Below are positions 60,243 to 64,000 of a stretch of 64,000 nucleotides of DNA, piece after piece. A program made the translations under genes and the position numbers. The stretch's first letter is position 1. Each line of letters starts with the position of its first letter. Under the pieces are notes generated by a model that saw nothing but the letters and a program-made list of their open reading frames with translations, did not search any database and had not been told where the DNA came from. Where the stretch lies: assembly GCA_913043225.1 (NCBI GenBank), contig CAJWLU010000001.1:288001-352000 (forward strand), given 5' to 3'. The stretch is from an uncultured Acidobacteriota bacterium. GTDB lineage: Bacteria; Acidobacteriota; Vicinamibacteria; Vicinamibacterales; UBA8438.

Positions 60243-61130
60243 ATGCGGAACCTGATGCGCCACGCGCCGATGGTCGTCCTGCTCGGCACGCTCGGAACCA
60301 CGGCGATCCTCGCCAACGACTACGTGACCGAGATCGAGGCCTGGCGGGTTGAACGAGAAGCCGGACTCGCCGCCGACGACGGGTGGCTCACCGTGTCGGC
60401 ACTCTTCTTCCTGCGAGATGGAGAGACCACGTTCGGCTCGAGCCCGCGCAACGACCTGGTCGTCCCCGGCCTCCCGGCGGACGCCGGCGTCCTGACGCTC
60501 GAAGACGGTCGCGTGACCGTCCGGGCCCATGCGGGCGACACTCTGACCATCGACGACCAAGAGTCCGAAGGGGCACAACTGTACCCATCAGAAAAACGGG
60601 TCGCGGTGCGCTCCGGACCGGTCTCATTCTGGGTCCACCTAAGTGGAGCCCGCCTGGCCATCCGGGTGCGCGACACTGACGCAGAGCTGAGGAAAGAATT
60701 CACCGGGCTGGAGTGGTTTCCTGTCGACGACCGCTACCGTGTGCGCGGCCGGTTCACGCCGCACAGCGAACCGATCACCGTGAAGACGATGAACATCCTG
60801 GGCGACGTCGAGACCTACACCAGCAGCGGCTACGTGACCCTGTCGGTGGAAGGCCGTGAGGTCCGCATGCTTCCGGTCAACTCAGGCCAGCGCCTCTGGT
60901 TCATCATGCGAGACCTTACGAGCGGAGAAGAGACTTACGGGGCCGCGCGCTTCCTGTACGCCGATGTCCCGGACGACGATGGCTGGACGACGGTCGACTT
61001 CAACAAAGCCTACAACCCGCCGTGCGCGTTCAACCCTCACACGACGTGCCCGCTTCCGCCCCCAGACAACCGTCTCGACATGAGGATCGAGGCAGGTGAG
61101 AAGAACTACCTTGGGCCGGGTGCCCACTAG
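60243..61130 (+). CDS. DUF1684 family protein
   Basis: Motifs DGWL, DLTSGEETYGAARFL, DFNKAYNPPCAF...TCPLPP..N.L..IEAGEK; signal peptide. Confidence 0.92.
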   Translation: MRNLMRHAPMVVLLGTLGTTAILANDYVTEIEAWRVEREAGLAADDGWLTVSALFFLRDGETTFGSSPRNDLVVPGLPADAGVLTLEDGRVTVRAHAGDTLTIDDQESEGAQLYPSEKRVAVRSGPVSFWVHLSGARLAIRVRDTDAELRKEFTGLEWFPVDDRYRVRGRFTPHSEPITVKTMNILGDVETYTSSGYVTLSVEGREVRMLPVNSGQRLWFIMRDLTSGEETYGAARFLYADVPDDDGWTTVDFNKAYNPPCAFNPHTTCPLPPPDNRLDMRIEAGEKNYLGPGAH

Positions 61131-61309
61131 CCCTCGGCGTGGCGCGGAGTTGGCTCGCCCGAAGGCGGTCACGCTGGACGAGGGACTGCCCGGTCTGTCC
61201 CTACTCCCGCCCACCGATGATGAACAGGTGCACTAACCATGGCTGTTCATCACGGCTCTCCTTACTGCTAGATTGTCTCGGTCGGTGACGCGAGAACTGA
61301 AGGAGCGCC

Positions 61310-62221
61310 TCAACGCTCTCGCGCGTAGAGGTCCAGGATGCCGCCGGTCCGCAGCCACTCAACTAGACGGTGATAGGTGAGACGCAGACCGCGAGAGAGC
61401 GCCAGGACAGGGGTCTCCCAGTGCAAAACCTCGAACCCAGCCGTCTCAACCAATCGCGAGAGCGTGGCCGGGGTGAAGAACCACAAGTGATGCAACGCCG
61501 CATAGTGCCGCCACCGTTTGCCCTTCAGACCCAGCCGGCTCTGCCAGCTCTTCGCCCTCAGGCTCGCACCTGCCAGATTGGGCACGCCGATGAGCAACAC
61601 GCCGCCAGGTGCAAGGACGGAGCGGGCGGCCCGCAGCTCCGTAAGTGGATCGCGCGTGTGCTCGAGCACATGGTTAAACCGCACAACGTCGAACCGCGCG
61701 CCGCCGAACTCAATCGCCGGAAGCTCTCCCTCCCACACCCGCGCACCGCTATCGCGGGCCCAGGAGGTCACGACGTAGTCGGTGCCTTCCACGTCCCAGC
61801 CACGCTCGCGGCCGAAGCGGAGAAACGCCCCGGCACCGCAGCCGACATCCAGCAGGCGCCGCCCGCCCGGCTGCAACCACTCGAGCCGGTCACACTGACG
61901 GCCATACTGGCGACGATGGCGGGCATCGGCGTTGGCCTCGTCCGCACGGTGGTAATGCGCGCCATACACAGCGGTCGCCATCTGCTCAAGGGTCGGACGA
62001 GGGCTGTGCAGTTCCAGACGGCACGTTGGGCAACGCGCGAGGGAAAACCCCTGAAAATCCAAAGCGAACGGGTGCGGATCCACCCGACAAATGGGGCAAA
62101 CAGCAGATTCTCTATCTGGGAGCGCCGCGTCGACCTCGGCCCTAGGGCGCCCGAAAAGCGACCCAGTCAGCTCCCGGCTGGTTTGCTTCCCGCCCTCGAC
62201 ACCCTGGGCCGGCTCGCACAT
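61310..62221 (-). CDS. class I SAM-dependent methyltransferase with an N-terminal zinc ribbon
   Basis: CPIC...CPTC; LLDVGCGAG; HVLEH..DP; PGG...GVPN; HLWFF. Confidence 0.87.
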   Translation of the reverse strand: MCEPAQGVEGGKQTSRELTGSLFGRPRAEVDAALPDRESAVCPICRVDPHPFALDFQGFSLARCPTCRLELHSPRPTLEQMATAVYGAHYHRADEANADARHRRQYGRQCDRLEWLQPGGRRLLDVGCGAGAFLRFGRERGWDVEGTDYVVTSWARDSGARVWEGELPAIEFGGARFDVVRFNHVLEHTRDPLTELRAARSVLAPGGVLLIGVPNLAGASLRAKSWQSRLGLKGKRWRHYAALHHLWFFTPATLSRLVETAGFEVLHWETPVLALSRGLRLTYHRLVEWLRTGGILDLYARER

Positions 62222-62294
62222 GGCTCACATCATGACGGACCCGATCGCGCAAGGCAAAGGCACCCGGATCGCCACATGGTAGGATTTTGGCGCC

Positions 62295-62588
62295 GTGACC
62301 GAGCGACTCACCCGCACCGAGGTCGAGCGAATCGCCCGCCTGGCCCATCTCGAACTCGACGATGCGGAGGCTGACCGCCTGACCCGCCAGCTGGGTGACA
62401 TCCTCACCTACTTCGAACGCCTGCGCGAAGTCGATACGTCGGGCGTCGAAGCCACCACCCACCCGGTCTCGGCCGGGCCCCGCATGCGCGACGACCAGAG
62501 CCGCGAGTCGCTCCCGCGCGACGAGGCGGTCGCGGGGGCACCAGATGCCGCCGACGGGCTCTTCCGGGTCCCGAAGGTCATCGGATGA
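62295..62588 (+). CDS. gatC: Asp/Glu-tRNA amidotransferase subunit C
   Basis: IARLAHLEL, VDTSGVE, FRVPKVI; directly upstream of gatA. Confidence 0.95.
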   Translation: MTERLTRTEVERIARLAHLELDDAEADRLTRQLGDILTYFERLREVDTSGVEATTHPVSAGPRMRDDQSRESLPRDEAVAGAPDAADGLFRVPKVIG

Positions 62589-64000
62589 CGGACGCCTCCG
62601 CGATCGAGACCATAGCAGACGTTCGCGCGGCGCTCGCAGGCGTCGGGTCGGCAGTCGATGTCTGCACTATCTTCCTTGAGCGGATCCAGGAGCGAGACGC
62701 CGCACTGGGCGCGTTCACGCATGTCGCGTCCGACACTGCCCTGGAGGAGGCTGCGACGGTCGACGCCAGGGGCGCCGACGATCCAAGCCAGCCGCTGGCA
62801 GGCGTGCCGATCGCGATCAAGGACAACATCTGCACCCGCGGCCTGCCGACCACGGCCGCCTCGCGCATCCTGACAGACTACCGGCCCCCCTACGACGCCA
62901 CCGTCGTCGAGCGTCTCCGCGCCGCCGGCGCCGTCATCCTCGGTAAAACGAACTGCGATGAATTCGCGATGGGGTCAACGACCGAGCATTCGTGCTACGG
63001 GATCACGCGTAACCCCTGGGATCACGATCGCGTGCCTGGCGGGTCAAGCGGAGGCTCGGCCGCGGCGGTCGCGGCACGGCTGGCGCCAGTCGCGCTTGGT
63101 TCGGATACCGGAGGCTCGATCCGACAACCGGCTGCGTTCTGCGGGCTCGTCGGTCTGAAACCAACCTACGGTCGGGTCTCACGCTACGGCCTCCTAGCCT
63201 TCGCATCGTCACTCGATCAGATCGGACCCCTCGGGTTGACGGTGGCTGACGTGGCAGCCGTCTTTCGAGTGATCGCAGGCCACGATCCTGCCGATGCCAC
63301 GTCCGCGGCCGAGGCCGTACCCGAGTGGCCATCTGGCACGGCGAACGAAACTCCGGCGATTGGGGTCCCGTGGACCTTGTTGAACGACGGCATCGACGAC
63401 GACGTACTTGCTTCATTCCGGACCGCGCTCGACACCCTTCGCTCGTCCGGAGCGACGCTCGTGGACATCGAGCTTCCTCACGCAACCTACGCCGTCCCGA
63501 CCTACTACGTGGTCGCGCCAGCCGAGGCCAGTTCAAACCTAGCCCGCTATGACGGTGTCCGGTATGGCGTCCGAGCCCCGCTCGCCGAAACCGCGGACCT
63601 CACCGCCATGTACGACCGCACTCGCGAAAGCGGCTTTAGCGATGAGGTTAAACGACGGATCATGCTGGGCACCTACGCCCTCAGTGCCGGCTACTACGAT
63701 GCCTACTATCTGCGGGCTCAGCAGATCCGGACCCTGATCCGGCGGGACTACGACACCGTGTTCTCGACCGTCGACGCGGTAGCCCTCCCAACCACTCCGA
63801 CCACCGCGTTCCCGCTCGGCCAGCACGCCGACGATCCGTTGCAGCTGTATGTGGGCGACATCTTTACCGCCAGCGCCAACCTGACCGGGCTCCCCGCGCT
63901 GAGCGTACCGTCCGGAAACGACAGTAGCGGACTTCCGATCGGCCTGCAGTTGGTGGGACGGGCCTTCGACGAAGTCACGATCCTCGATCTGGCGGCGCGG
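62585..64000 (+). CDS. gatA: Asp/Glu-tRNA amidotransferase subunit A (3' end beyond the window)
   Basis: Not in the ORF track. From ATG 62585 (ATGA overlap): [71 protein letters not shown]. Confidence 0.96.
   Translation, partial: MTDASAIETIADVRAALAGVGSAVDVCTIFLERIQERDAALGAFTHVASDTALEEAATVDARGADDPSQPLAGVPIAIKDNICTRGLPTTAASRILTDYRPPYDATVVERLRAAGAVILGKTNCDEFAMGSTTEHSCYGITRNPWDHDRVPGGSSGGSAAAVAARLAPVALGSDTGGSIRQPAAFCGLVGLKPTYGRVSRYGLLAFASSLDQIGPLGLTVADVAAVFRVIAGHDPADATSAAEAVPEWPSGTANETPAIGVPWTLLNDGIDDDVLASFRTALDTLRSSGATLVDIELPHATYAVPTYYVVAPAEASSNLARYDGVRYGVRAPLAETADLTAMYDRTRESGFSDEVKRRIMLGTYALSAGYYDAYYLRAQQIRTLIRRDYDTVFSTVDAVALPTTPTTAFPLGQHADDPLQLYVGDIFTASANLTGLPALSVPSGNDSSGLPIGLQLVGRAFDEVTILDLAAR

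Noticed and set aside
1..64000. CRISPR arrays, tRNA/rRNA genes, transposases, prophage or defence genes
   Set aside because: No regularly spaced repeats, RNA gene signatures or such protein motifs were recognised by eye; tRNAscan and Rfam were not run.

Overview
High-GC, gene-dense bacterial chromosomal segment. It is diderm (lpxB, two TonB-dependent receptors), and its gene content suggests Acidobacteriota, probably Vicinamibacteria; this taxonomy is inference. Housekeeping genes include dinB, rsgA, queG, rnd, lpxB, an M16 peptidase pair, scoAB, mmsA, pepF, acnA, nfo and gatCA. No rRNA, tRNA, CRISPR array or transposase was seen. The most notable feature is a candidate periplasmic redox system: two paralogous ~730-aa secreted, His-rich, single heme-c (CxxCH) proteins of unknown function. 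One is divergent from an alternative complex III operon (actABCDEF) whose ActB keeps an N-terminal 4-Cys Fe-S motif. The other heads a co-directional run with a YncD/PqqU-like TonB receptor and a complete mxaR-S-A-C-K-L-like MoxR/vWA maturation module, with no methanol dehydrogenase gene in the window. Also present are a voltage-gated-type K+ channel fused in frame to a VOC/glyoxalase domain, a cytochrome c-fused PQQ sugar dehydrogenase, and several decayed gene remnants in apparently intergenic gaps (ArsR/SdpR, PQQ-like propeller, MEMO1/AmmeMemo B, possibly a carboxylesterase). All family assignments come from motif recognition by eye, not database searches.
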